From the NCBI GenBank assembly GCA_044356215.1, contig JBIKWQ010000048.1:1-26237 (forward strand): a DNA stretch of 26,237 nt, in the 5' to 3' direction. This document shows, one piece after another, positions 8,663-18,274 of this stretch. The notes under the pieces are model-generated. The model was not told the DNA's origin. It saw only the letters and a program-made list of their open reading frames with translations, and searched no databases. The stretch comes from Bdellovibrionota bacterium. GTDB taxonomy: Bacteria; Bdellovibrionota_C; UBA2361; OMII01. Position numbers and translations under genes: made by a program. Each line of letters starts with the position of its first letter. Within the stretch, counting starts at the first letter, position 1.

Positions 8663-9907
8663 CTATAGGTTGCCAACTGTCCTAGCGGCCATCAGACGTG
8701 ACTGATCAATCTGCTGAAGTACGCGCGTGTAAAGGATCGCTATCTGCTTCTCGAAAGCCTCAACTGTATAGAGCTCGTCGGAAACCACTTTTGCTTTCTC
8801 GCCAAGTTTCTTCCTCAAAACAGGATCAGATATCAAACGAGCCAACGCTGCTGAGAAGTCCTCTGAGTTAGGCTGTGCGAGCATAGAAATGGAGTTATCA
8901 AGCACCTGAGTATGAGTTGGCAGATCCGTGGCTAGTAGGGGGGTTCCTGAATGAAGATACGAGTAGATCTTCATCGGGGTATTGTTTCCTTTGGTGCGAG
9001 GCGATACCAGGATATCAGCGGATGTGAGTAGCTGTACAAGTGAATCAACCGGACGTGGCCCCAAGAATAGAACAGACTCAGAGCATTTTAAAACTTTGGT
9101 CTTCTCAGCATAGTGTTCAATATGCCTCGGAGTTCCCCCGACTATAATCAATAAAGCTTTCGGATGAAGGGTGTGGATCTTGGAGAACGATTCAACTAGA
9201 AGGTCGATCCCTTGATAGCTCTCAAGATTGCCTACGTAAAGAATCAGGGGATCTCTATCTCTGGCGGCTTCTCCGAAAAGTTCAAGCTTCTCGTTGCCCT
9301 TCGGGGTAACTGAATCCTTGGGTAATAACGATACGTCACGTAAGAGTACCGTAGCCACTGAACCGTGACTTGCCGCGATAACCTGCAGGGCATCGCATAC
9401 CGGAGCAACGGCGATACTTCCCCGTACCGCCAATCGTTCAAGCGACTGAAGTATTGAGAGTACTGGCTTGCACCACCACCAACGCTCCGTAAGCTGCAGC
9501 GCGAGCGATGAATCCATGTCGTAGATGTATGGGATTCTAAAGATCTTCTTGGCGATCCAGGCAAAAAATACAGACTCCTCAACCGCGTGAATTACATCGT
9601 ACTGATTTGCCCGTGATCTAATTAGTAACGACATGAAATGGAAAAACATAAAGACATCGCAGGCCAATTTTCTGCAGGATATGCCAGGTCTGACGCCCCT
9701 TAAAAACGCAGGGGTTTTGGCCCTAATAATATTTACACCCGCGATCTCTATGTCAGTACCTTCATTATAAACGAGCAGGTCAACCTTTGGAGACTCTCCG
9801 TCGATCGATGGAAGCTGTCGCGCTAGGGATTCAACAGCTAGTTTAACCGCTATCGGTGTCCCTCGTTCCTGAAAGAATGGCTGTGGCGCGACTACGAGAA
9901 CTTTCAT
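8663..9907 (-). CDS. Glycosyltransferase family 4
   Basis: Motifs MKVLVVAPQPFFQERGTP, LYVGNLESYQGIDLL and NTPMKIYSYLHSGTPLLAT. Confidence 0.9.
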   Translation of the reverse strand: MKVLVVAPQPFFQERGTPIAVKLAVESLARQLPSIDGESPKVDLLVYNEGTDIEIAGVNIIRAKTPAFLRGVRPGISCRKLACDVFMFFHFMSLLIRSRANQYDVIHAVEESVFFAWIAKKIFRIPYIYDMDSSLALQLTERWWWCKPVLSILQSLERLAVRGSIAVAPVCDALQVIAASHGSVATVLLRDVSLLPKDSVTPKGNEKLELFGEAARDRDPLILYVGNLESYQGIDLLVESFSKIHTLHPKALLIIVGGTPRHIEHYAEKTKVLKCSESVLFLGPRPVDSLVQLLTSADILVSPRTKGNNTPMKIYSYLHSGTPLLATDLPTHTQVLDNSISMLAQPNSEDFSAALARLISDPVLRKKLGEKAKVVSDELYTVEAFEKQIAILYTRVLQQIDQSRLMAARTVGNL

Positions 9908-9912
9908 CGTGA

Positions 9913-11469
9913 CTAACGTCTCCCAAGCACTCTGTTGCGAATACTGGCCCAAGAATCGCGCACAACAAATCTAAGAGACCGGCGATAGGAATTTAACCTT
10001 AATAGGAAGTATCCAAAGTTCGATAAGGTTAATTTCAGAACTAAGCCGCGTAGACGTGGTAAGTGACAGAAGATGTGAGTAAACATATGAATCTCTGTCT
10101 TTACAAACTGCTTTCCTGATTGACTTGGGAAACGAAATCCGTGTGGTCCGTAAGCGGGAATAGGTTTGCCCTGCCTGCGAAGAGTCTCGATCACTCGGAA
10201 GGCGCGCCACCGTTTCTCCGTGCTCATCATCCTGTTGCAGGCTAATGCTTCCCTTCTGGTGACTAGCTCATTAACTACACCACCAGCTTTCTGGCACGCC
10301 TCCATCGCTTCCTTACCACGCTGAGAGCGCACTAAAGCAAAGCTCCACCCCTTATAAAAATCAACGCCAGAATGAGGAGGGGCCATCCAGGGATCTCCTA
10401 TGGCGATATCCGCGAACTCGGCGCTAGCGTCAAAACAAGTTAGACAACGTGACGGAGTGTAGAGACGATAAACTATGTTGATTACCTCCATTGACGACGG
10501 GCGATATCCCCGTTTATCGCCGAAGTAAACTGGGTATAGCGATCCATCATTCATCTCTAAGTGAGGTGTTCCGGGGTGTTTGCCAACTCGTGAGATGTAG
10601 CGCTTGGCTTGGTTGACTTTATCGCCAAGGCTCCCCCAGATAATCTTTAACGCTTCGTGTTCCACGGCGGCGTGACAAAATAGACCCAAAGTAAGTACAA
10701 CGCGATCTTTTAATCTTTGGTCGAGCTTAGCCGCCTTTATGAAGCCGTGGATCTGACACGGTAAGCCAACGAGCGCGTAGCGACCAGGGATCTCGCGGAT
10801 CTCGTTAAATACAGAGTTAGTTGGACAGATAGCGTACTTAGATTTCATCGACGCCAGGATCTCTTCGGGTGTTCTAGCGACGATCGGCATACCTTTCCAT
10901 AGCTGCTCAGGATCGGAAACGATTACTATCGCGCCGTCGATCGCGCCACGCTTCATCTGCTCTAGTAGGATAGCCGTTACTAAACCTCCGCTAGTGGAGT
11001 GTTCGCGTATAAATGGGTCTGTAGCGTAAGAGAGATAAGATTGATCAAAGTTGCCGTGTGTCGATGTGAGATCTACCTCGGTGTCGTAGCTATCTTTATA
11101 GGCTTGCTTGATGTCAAACTCATCACCCGGGCAGACCTTAACGCATAGCTCGCAATCTGTGCAGGCTGATAGATTTTTAACTGATGGATAATCCTCGTTG
11201 TCTAGTCCCAAAACTCCTGTTGGGCAGATTCCGACGCACGAGCCGCATCGGTGACACAGTCCGCCGTCGATAATCTTGCCTAGGCTTCGTAGTGCGCGAG
11301 GCGTGGTGTCGTCTCGGTCACTGTTCCAATCTAGTGGTCTGACAAAAGCTCCATTTGACCTTAGTGTCGGTGTATTGTCTGAATTCTGTATTATTTTTAA
11401 TGAGGCTTTTCCCTTCGTGGCATTCTCCGAGGATCGCGTCGAACCGGTCGCCTGATCGTTAGTTGTCAT
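9913..11469 (-). CDS. Coenzyme F420 hydrogenase/dehydrogenase beta-subunit family (FrhB/FdhB) protein with 2x[4Fe-4S] ferredoxin domain
   Basis: Motifs CHRCGSCVGICP, CTDCELCVKVCP, STSGGLVT, SKY, VGLPCQI, GLFC, CLTCFD and ADIAIGDPW. Confidence 0.88.
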   Translation of the reverse strand: MTTNDQATGSTRSSENATKGKASLKIIQNSDNTPTLRSNGAFVRPLDWNSDRDDTTPRALRSLGKIIDGGLCHRCGSCVGICPTGVLGLDNEDYPSVKNLSACTDCELCVKVCPGDEFDIKQAYKDSYDTEVDLTSTHGNFDQSYLSYATDPFIREHSTSGGLVTAILLEQMKRGAIDGAIVIVSDPEQLWKGMPIVARTPEEILASMKSKYAICPTNSVFNEIREIPGRYALVGLPCQIHGFIKAAKLDQRLKDRVVLTLGLFCHAAVEHEALKIIWGSLGDKVNQAKRYISRVGKHPGTPHLEMNDGSLYPVYFGDKRGYRPSSMEVINIVYRLYTPSRCLTCFDASAEFADIAIGDPWMAPPHSGVDFYKGWSFALVRSQRGKEAMEACQKAGGVVNELVTRREALACNRMMSTEKRWRAFRVIETLRRQGKPIPAYGPHGFRFPSQSGKQFVKTEIHMFTHIFCHLPRLRGLVLKLTLSNFGYFLLRLNSYRRSLRFVVRDSWASIRNRVLGRR

Positions 11470-12211
11470 GTGCAATCCTTTCAAAGCGAATTAGCACTGG
11501 AGATCCGAAGAGCCTAGTTAAGCCGAGTGTTCTCGGAAGGGCTTCGAGAGCTTTGGATATCTTAGTGTTTTTTAAAGCACGGTGAATTCCCATCGGGAAA
11601 AAGAATTGTTTATAAATAGCTGTGACCTCAAATCCGTGCTTAGCGAACTCGCGTTTAAGTTCTGAGGTGGTAAAGATCCTGTATGTCCTGGTATTGCCTT
11701 CAATCAAAAGCTTAATCTTGAAAAGCAGAGGGGTTAAAAGATTAGAGCTTAGCCAGATCGGATAATCAAATATCACCCTAGTTTCCGCGACACGACACAT
11801 CTCGGCGATTAATCTCGGCCAAGCGGTGCAGTGGCTCATAAGTCTCAGAGATACAACGGTATCAAATGAGCTATCCGAGAATGGCAGCTCGATTAAATTG
11901 CCAGATCTGAAAGAGATCTGAGCCGTAGCCAGTTGCTGACTCAGAAAATCAGCGCATTCAGGCGAGCTTCCGAAGATCGTAACTGATTTTCCTGCGTTAG
12001 CGAGGGGCAATGCCGATTGGCCGTGTCCGCCTCCGATGTCGAGAACTGACTCCGCCTCTCTTGATACCATAGATAGTAGGGCACGCTCCTGAACTTCGAG
12101 AAACCAGGCGCCGATATCGCCGGAGAATCGTTTGGCGTATTCGGGGCTTGATGAATGAAGATCCGCGTCCTCCAAAATCTCCCCGGATTTAATTTCTCTC
12201 GCTAACGACAT
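11459..12211 (-). CDS. Class I SAM-dependent methyltransferase
   Basis: Motif I VLDIGGGHG; LPFSDSSFDTVVS; EMCRV. Confidence 0.88.
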   Translation of the reverse strand: MSLAREIKSGEILEDADLHSSSPEYAKRFSGDIGAWFLEVQERALLSMVSREAESVLDIGGGHGQSALPLANAGKSVTIFGSSPECADFLSQQLATAQISFRSGNLIELPFSDSSFDTVVSLRLMSHCTAWPRLIAEMCRVAETRVIFDYPIWLSSNLLTPLLFKIKLLIEGNTRTYRIFTTSELKREFAKHGFEVTAIYKQFFFPMGIHRALKNTKISKALEALPRTLGLTRLFGSPVLIRFERIAHDN

Positions 12212-12503
12212 GAAGTACCCCTAAAGCCCTGGAAGTATAAAAGATAATTGAAAAAATGTCATAGCTGCTCAGGCGTGCCGCTGGGTTTTTACGAAATCTA
12301 GCAGCTTCGGCATTTTATCTAATAAATTCAGATATATCTATCCTCTTTGATTTGATTGGCTCTTAAGCCTCTGTGCGCCTCAGGATAATTCCTAAAGCTT
12401 AAAGCCAAGAGTGTCGACAATACCTCTAGGGCGAGGTGTGTCGCGTGATGGGCTGCCTGCCTTTTGGTCAATCAACGGATTTGAGAGGTTCAAAGGAGAA
12501 GTT

Positions 12504-12812
12504 ATGGAGTTTCCGACCGAGATTATTGGGGACAAGGGGTACATCATTGTTACAGGAGACCTCGACAGCGAGGTGGCGGGAGAGGCGCTTAGAACAGCTT
12601 TCAATCACATGTACGAGCAAGGTAAACGCACGATCGTGCTAGACCTATCTGGCGCGCAGATAATAAATAGTTACGGGATCGGCAAGGTGCTTAGTTGCTA
12701 TCAGCAACTAAAAGCACAGCGCGGAGTCTTAATGGTGAAGCCACTTGATGGATTTATTAAGGAGACGTTTGAGTTGTTGATGCTTGATAAGCTTCTTCCA
12801 GTGGACAAGTAG
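12504..12812 (+). CDS. STAS-domain anti-sigma-factor antagonist
   Basis: Motifs GDLD and IVLDLSGAQIINSYGIG (phosphorylatable Ser region). RBS AAGGAG before the ATG at 12504. Confidence 0.85.
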   Translation: MEFPTEIIGDKGYIIVTGDLDSEVAGEALRTAFNHMYEQGKRTIVLDLSGAQIINSYGIGKVLSCYQQLKAQRGVLMVKPLDGFIKETFELLMLDKLLPVDK

Positions 12813-12868
12813 GAACTGGGGTGAAGCACGAGTAAGGCACCGCTTGATATTAGATTTTTAGGAAAGGC

Positions 12869-13783
12869 ATGATACCAGTTCAACCATCTATCCTTCTGGC
12901 CGACTCGGATGAGCGTCGAAGGGAGACCTTGAGCTCTTTCTGTAAAAAGAAGGGGTGGGGATGTCGCGCTGTGTCGGACGTTACACAATTCCAGAGCTAT
13001 CTTCAAAATGAGTCCTTCGATTTGGTAATAGCGGATGCTGATATGCCTGGATTGAGTCCGATGATTCTGATTGGACAGGCATCTAGAAAGAGACCCTCGC
13101 AATCATTGCTTGTGGTCAGCGATTCCTCGAATAAGGAGTATGACCTAAGAATGTTTCGAGGTGCGTCAGCTGACGTGATCGCCGAGCCGGTAGATCTCAC
13201 CTGGCTAGAGAGTTGTGTTGAGCAGGCAGTAAGCTCGAAAAGACAGGAGGAACGCGAGCAGTTAGCGTACTCATTTGTTGTAAGTGAAAGAACCGAGATG
13301 ATCTTCTCGTGTAAGGAATTAGGTCAAGCTCAGGCGATCGCGCTGCCGATCGTGGGAAGGCTTTTAGCCGCGAAGAGATTGAGTGAGACTGACGCGCTAA
13401 AAATCCGTGTCGCCGTTCAAGAAGCGATCTTAAACGCGTTTGAGCACGGGAATTTAGAATTGGATTCACGCTGGAAAGAGGAGAGTGTCGGAGACACAGA
13501 CCGCTTTACAGCGGCGAGAAATGAGCGCCTGAGGGATCCAAGATACGCGAACCGAAAGGTGGCAATAACCAGTTGGTTTGATGGCGAAGCAATCCAGATA
13601 ATAGTTAAGGACGAGGGGAAAGGCTTCTCTCGTGATGAAAAGAAAGATCCGGTAGCGCACGAATTGTCTCCATATGGAAGGGGGCTGACTTTAATGCGGA
13701 ACGCTGTAGATCAAGTGGTTTTTAGTTGTGGGGGCTCCGAGGTTACTTTGACCAAAAAGGTCAGCAAGACTCGTAAACGTTAG
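12869..13783 (+). CDS. Receiver domain fused to RsbW/SpoIIAB-like HATPase (anti-sigma kinase)
   Basis: REC motifs ILLADSD and FDLVIADADMPG. HATPase motifs QEAILNAFEHGN, VKDEGKGF and GRGLTLMRNAVD. Confidence 0.85.
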   Translation: MIPVQPSILLADSDERRRETLSSFCKKKGWGCRAVSDVTQFQSYLQNESFDLVIADADMPGLSPMILIGQASRKRPSQSLLVVSDSSNKEYDLRMFRGASADVIAEPVDLTWLESCVEQAVSSKRQEEREQLAYSFVVSERTEMIFSCKELGQAQAIALPIVGRLLAAKRLSETDALKIRVAVQEAILNAFEHGNLELDSRWKEESVGDTDRFTAARNERLRDPRYANRKVAITSWFDGEAIQIIVKDEGKGFSRDEKKDPVAHELSPYGRGLTLMRNAVDQVVFSCGGSEVTLTKKVSKTRKR

Positions 13784-13791
13784 GGATATAT

Positions 13792-14127
13792 ATGGCGCTT
13801 AAATTTAGAGTTAAAGGTTTAGCTGAGACATTCATCGACTCAATTACATGTCCAGGATGTGGCGTAGCTGGGTATGACGATCAATATTTCACGACTGAGT
13901 TCACTAGAGTAACCCTTGAAGGGATTATAGTCGTAGCTCAGTGCAAAGCTTGCAGTGAGATATTTGTCCCCGCCGCGCAGAGGTTGGGGGTGTTAAATTA
14001 CTCTGCTCTATGCTCCGCTGTAGAGAAGGATAGCGTAGATAGTGGCAATCCGATCCTATCTGGTCTGAGCGCCGTGAGATTAAGCGCCGAGAAGCTCAAC
14101 GCGGAGCGGAAAGGGTCTATGCACTAG
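13792..14127 (+). CDS. Hypothetical protein with two CxxC motifs (putative zinc ribbon)
   Basis: CPGC and CKAC; starts 8 nt after the upstream stop, with AGGGA as RBS. Confidence 0.75.
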   Translation: MALKFRVKGLAETFIDSITCPGCGVAGYDDQYFTTEFTRVTLEGIIVVAQCKACSEIFVPAAQRLGVLNYSALCSAVEKDSVDSGNPILSGLSAVRLSAEKLNAERKGSMH

Positions 14128-14189
14128 GGACACGAGGCAGAAACCTCGCTTACGCGAGTTCTTTTGCTTGGTAACAGCGCTAATCGTGC

Positions 14190-14432
14190 CTACTTAGTAA
14201 CGTCTTGAACTGTGAGGTTGTACTTCTGCAAGGCTCCCATGAAGCCTAACTTGTCGATCGTCCTGAGTACGCGTGTAGAAACCTTAACACGTAGAGACTT
14301 GCCGAGCTCAGGAACGAATATCTTCTTACTCTGAAGATTCGCCTCAAACTTGTGGTGAGTCTTGTTATTCGCGTGACTTACGCGATTACCGTTCTGATGT
14401 GTCACTCCTGATATAGCGCAACGACGTGCCAT
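14190..14432 (-). CDS. rpmB: 50S ribosomal protein L28
   Basis: MARRCAISG...GNRVSHANNKT...NLQ...LRVKVSTRVLRTIDK. Confidence 0.96.
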   Translation of the reverse strand: MARRCAISGVTHQNGNRVSHANNKTHHKFEANLQSKKIFVPELGKSLRVKVSTRVLRTIDKLGFMGALQKYNLTVQDVTK

Positions 14433-14568
14433 AAAAACTCACTCTCTAAATTTCGTTTAATTCGTCATCTTCACCCATGATCGCGGTCCCTTAAAGAGTG
14501 ACCACGCTACCTCTGCTCTCATTTCTTGAGCGTTTTAGAGGCGTTGCAATAGGCGCGAATAAGGGGAG

Positions 14569-14597
14569 AGAATATAGTTACGCCGGCGGATTGTCAA
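14569..14597 (-). promoter_or_regulatory. Sigma70-type promoter upstream of rpmB
   Basis: Minus strand TTGACA (14597-14592), N17, TATTCT (14574-14569). Confidence 0.65.
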
Positions 14598-14667
14598 ACA
14601 TGTCATTTGCAAAGAATATAAGATGGAAGTCAGATAAAAAGCACCAGCTATCTGATCCCCTAACTCA

Positions 14668-15720
14668 CTAATAAAGTAACATATTCTTGAGTTTTGGAAG
14701 TTTCCCCTGGCCCTGCGTCTCAAAAACGGCAGTCCCCATGAAAGAGATGTCAGATAGTCCGTATCCGACCTTCGCGATAACTCGGTAGATATTCCCGCTG
14801 GCCTCCAGTTTAGATGCCATGGTTTGCGCCATGGTCGGGTAGCGCGATTGGAAGCACATGTTAATGTCCTGCTGAATGCTGCGGTAGGGCCCTTGCATGT
14901 CCGGTCCTCGACATCTCTCCAATTCGATTCCCGCGTCCGCAGGAGCAGTTTGGTCTAGGCTGGCAATTGCTTGTAGCACAGGCGCCTTCGCGGCGTTTAT
15001 ATTCACTTTCGCTCGAGTCTCAATCGATATTAAAGGTAAAAGCTCCTGAACCCGCTTTGGGGTGAATCCAGGTATAAGAAGCAGCTCTTCTGGAGAATCA
15101 AGGACCTCTTGATTGCGAAACTTTTCACCTAAAGGAAGTTCGGATTCAATCCCTTGAGAGTTTTGCATTTGGAAGCTTTGCTCGTCTCTATCAAGATAAT
15201 CGACCAGGTTAGCTACCATTTCCGAAGCAGTGCAAAAAGACGGCCGCTTCAATTGGCAACGGGCGGCTATATCTGTGCGTTGCTCGTTATCAAATCCAAG
15301 TGCCTGAAAGAGGTTTAATAGTATAGTTGCCCAGTCTTGCGAAACTGATCCGTTTGACACGAGAGAGAGGATTGGAATCCTGCCTTTCTCCGAGAGAATC
15401 ACCATCTCTACAGAAGCGTTGGGTTCCCCCATATCGAGATAGCCAGCAGGTATCTGATTGCGGCTACTGAACATCATCCACGCGTCTTTTGTTGGCTCAT
15501 CAACCGGCGATTGGTCGTTCTTGATTAAAACTCGAGCCAAATTAAACGCCGACTTGAGGACGTACTCGGCCTTAATACGCTGCTCAGCGGCGCGATTTAT
15601 GCGCATCGAGATGAATGTCGATTCAGTGAGTGACATTAAAAGCGCGGAGGTTATAGCAATCATCACGATCACCATTAAGAGGGCGACGCCGCGCTGGTTT
15701 GAATTTGTACGGTGTTTCAT
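14668..15720 (-). CDS. gspK: Type II secretion minor pseudopilin GspK
   Basis: Prepilin site QRG|VALLMVIVMI; motifs NLVDYLDRD, EELLLIPGF and KVNINAA..VL. Confidence 0.85.
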   Translation of the reverse strand: MKHRTNSNQRGVALLMVIVMIAITSALLMSLTESTFISMRINRAAEQRIKAEYVLKSAFNLARVLIKNDQSPVDEPTKDAWMMFSSRNQIPAGYLDMGEPNASVEMVILSEKGRIPILSLVSNGSVSQDWATILLNLFQALGFDNEQRTDIAARCQLKRPSFCTASEMVANLVDYLDRDEQSFQMQNSQGIESELPLGEKFRNQEVLDSPEELLLIPGFTPKRVQELLPLISIETRAKVNINAAKAPVLQAIASLDQTAPADAGIELERCRGPDMQGPYRSIQQDINMCFQSRYPTMAQTMASKLEASGNIYRVIAKVGYGLSDISFMGTAVFETQGQGKLPKLKNMLLY

Positions 15721-15953
15721 TATGGACCATTTTAGGTTGGCTGAGGCTGGTCTGCAAGGCAAAGAACATGAGCCAAACGTCCCATATTGGGTGATCTAGG
15801 CCAGGGTCTCACCTTTTTCACTAAGATTACCCCTTTTATCGCTTGTTTTTTGTGATTCGCCGTCATAACTACTTATCAGCATCTAAAGTCGTTGATGTTG
15901 GTACCTCACCGAATCATCGATTTAAATCTTTACTCTCTTCTAGGTGACGAATA

Positions 15954-16358
15954 ATGCTCAGTCAGATGTTAGTCGCGATTCTAGAGGATGATGTTTTGAT
16001 TTCGGAGGTGCTGGGCGAGCTACTCGCTAACAGTGGAATCGAGGTTCGAACATATACTTCTACAGATAGCGCTTTCGCTGAGTGTTCGGGGAGGCCACCT
16101 GATATATTGATAGCTGATTGGTGTGTGCCAGGAGACATCTCGACAGCAAGGCTCGTAGCGTACCTTCGAGCGTTAAATCCGCAGATGCGGGTGGTTTTTA
16201 CATCAGGACAGAAAACCGATGAGCTTGCGAATCTTGTTGCGACTAATCCTTTAGCTTCTTTTATTCCGAAGCCGATTTCTTTTGAGGCTTTGGTGGAGGT
16301 AATTAAATTGGTTCGCGACCATCCTCTTGGGGGTTTGTCAGATTACGCTACGGTGTGA
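15954..16358 (+). CDS. Single-domain response regulator
   Basis: Motifs LEDD, ILIAD (phosphoacceptor), FTSG and IPKP. Confidence 0.85.
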   Translation: MLSQMLVAILEDDVLISEVLGELLANSGIEVRTYTSTDSAFAECSGRPPDILIADWCVPGDISTARLVAYLRALNPQMRVVFTSGQKTDELANLVATNPLASFIPKPISFEALVEVIKLVRDHPLGGLSDYATV

Positions 16359-16455
16359 AATTTTGTCTCGCGTGTGGGGTTAATCATACAGGCAATTAAC
16401 AAGGGAGCTTTAGACTAATTCTTGTAATGAGACTGTTATTTGAAGGAAGGCTCTT

Positions 16456-16998
16456 ATGTCATACCATAACTTAAAATCCCTCTTGGATTCGCAGCTTCAA
16501 GAGCTGTATGCCGCCGAGCTGCATTTATCCAAGGAGCTCAAGATGCTTTTTGAGTTGGCGGTCTCAAAGGAGTTTCAGTCGCAGTTGATGAGGCATTCGC
16601 GGGAAACTCAGAATCATGTGGAGGTTTTGGGTGAGCTTTTAGAGAAGAGAAAGATCGGCGTCCACGAGACACGTTGTAAAGTGATGGATGCTCTCCTAAG
16701 GCGAGCAAGCGAGGTCGCTCAAAGTCGGGGTGATGACAGACTTTTAGATTTGGCGCTCATTTTTATAATGCGCAAAATAGAGAGCTATGAGCAGGGAGCC
16801 TATGAGGATGCCAAGACGGTTGCGGAAGCGCTCAATGAAACAGAGGTCATAAGTGTTCTGGAGCGACACATACTTGAAGAGGGGCAACAGGAGAGGAGTT
16901 GGACGGTACTCGGAGAGGATATGGTCGACTCCTTGGTCGCTTCAGCTGTTTCCACGAAAGGAATCAAAGTAGAGCAGGGGGAGAAGGGGGTAGAGTAG
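16456..16998 (+). CDS. Ferritin-like DUF892 (YciE/YciF) protein
   Basis: Motifs LQELYAAE, HSRETQNHVE, KIESYEQGAY and LEE; RBS GAAGG. Confidence 0.85.
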   Translation: MSYHNLKSLLDSQLQELYAAELHLSKELKMLFELAVSKEFQSQLMRHSRETQNHVEVLGELLEKRKIGVHETRCKVMDALLRRASEVAQSRGDDRLLDLALIFIMRKIESYEQGAYEDAKTVAEALNETEVISVLERHILEEGQQERSWTVLGEDMVDSLVASAVSTKGIKVEQGEKGVE

Positions 16999-17216
16999 TG
17001 AGTAAAGGTAGTGATTATATCTCGCGAGTTCTAAGTAACCTCACATCCGGTGAGCAGCTTCATAACACATCATACAAGGGTGCCTTTCTAGCCGCGGCAC
17101 TGGCGATAATAAAGGACGTAGAGTCACCAATGAAGGAGAGTGCTTTAGTGAGCCTGGCGGCTTTGGAGATCGGTGAATTTGAACCAGCTTGGTGTCGCAA
17201 AAAGAAGGCCGCTTGA
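16998..17216 (+). CDS. Small hypothetical protein (72 aa)
   Basis: The GTG start overlaps the DUF892 stop (TAGTG), with a G-rich RBS; helical composition. Confidence 0.5.
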   Translation: MSKGSDYISRVLSNLTSGEQLHNTSYKGAFLAAALAIIKDVESPMKESALVSLAALEIGEFEPAWCRKKKAA

Positions 17217-17232
17217 ACCGTCTCGTTTCCCG

Positions 17233-18075
17233 TTAATAGCGGTAAAATCCCCGTCCTGTCTTTTTACCAAACCAGCCCGCCTCAACGTATTTAACTAGAA
17301 GTGGACAAGGTCTGTATTTATCTTCGCCTAGCTCCCTGTGAAGGAGCTGCAGGATATACAGTAAGGTGTCGAGTCCAACGAAATCGGCCAGCGTTAGCGG
17401 CCCCATCGGCTGATTAGTTCCAAGTTTCATCGCGGTATCGATATCCTCAGGTTTAACGCCTTCCTGGACCAGGAAGATCGCCTCATTTATCATCGGGCAG
17501 AGGATTCTGTTTACGATAAATCCAGGTGTATCAATCGCTAGAACGGTTGTCTTTTCGATCTTGGCGCAGAACTCCTGTATCATCGCGTAAGTTTCATCGT
17601 TGGTTTGTAGGCCGCGGATAAGTTCCACCAGTTTCATCACTGGAACCGGATTCATAAAGTGAACCCCGATTACTTTCTCTGGCCTCTTGGTTGCAGCGGC
17701 GATGCGAGTGATCGATATGGATGATGTATTAGAAGCCAGGACTGCTCCGGGCTTCACTATGGGGTCTAGCTGCTTAAAGAGGTCAGCCTTATGCTCAAAG
17801 TTCTCAATTATAGCCTCTATGACCAGGTCGCAGTCAGAGAAATCTTTAAGGGAGTTAGCGGTCGCGAGTCTGTTAATAGTAGCAGAGGCGCTCTCGGAAG
17901 TTATTTTACCCTTTTGTGAGGCCTGGTTTAACCTATTATGGATCCCCTCAACTCCCTTAGAGAGGGCCGCGGTTTGAGCATCAAATAGAAGAGTGGAAAA
18001 GCCGCTCGAGGCGATTACCTGGGCGATTCCAGCTCCCATTTGCCCCGCCCCGATTACACCAATTTTGCTGAACAT
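17233..18075 (-). CDS. hbd: 3-hydroxybutyryl-CoA dehydrogenase
   Basis: Motifs GVIGAGQMGAGIA, LASNTSSISI, GVHFMNPVPVMKLVE, PGFIVNR and PMGPLTLADFVGLD. Confidence 0.93.
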   Translation of the reverse strand: MFSKIGVIGAGQMGAGIAQVIASSGFSTLLFDAQTAALSKGVEGIHNRLNQASQKGKITSESASATINRLATANSLKDFSDCDLVIEAIIENFEHKADLFKQLDPIVKPGAVLASNTSSISITRIAAATKRPEKVIGVHFMNPVPVMKLVELIRGLQTNDETYAMIQEFCAKIEKTTVLAIDTPGFIVNRILCPMINEAIFLVQEGVKPEDIDTAMKLGTNQPMGPLTLADFVGLDTLLYILQLLHRELGEDKYRPCPLLVKYVEAGWFGKKTGRGFYRY

Positions 18076-18274
18076 TTTAAGACTCCCTCAAACATCGGAT
18101 AAATCTGGAGATATTGTTCGCACATTAGGTGAGATACGGCCAGGAGTTTTTTTGTTTCGCGGAGTGTGGCATGGCGAAAAAAAAGTGCCGGCATTGTTTG
18201 AACTTTCTGTTCGACCTGTGGCAAGCTACTGCTACTATCAGTTCTCAGTGTCTTTAAATATCCACGATATAACT

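Noticed and set aside
18165..18205. Sigma54 promoter upstream of mreB (TGGCA / CGGCA)
   Set aside because: There is no GC at the required -12 spacing.
17993..18274. 94-aa N-terminal extension of MreB
   Set aside because: It overlaps the divergent hbd start and intergenic DNA. MreB homology begins at the ATG at 18275.
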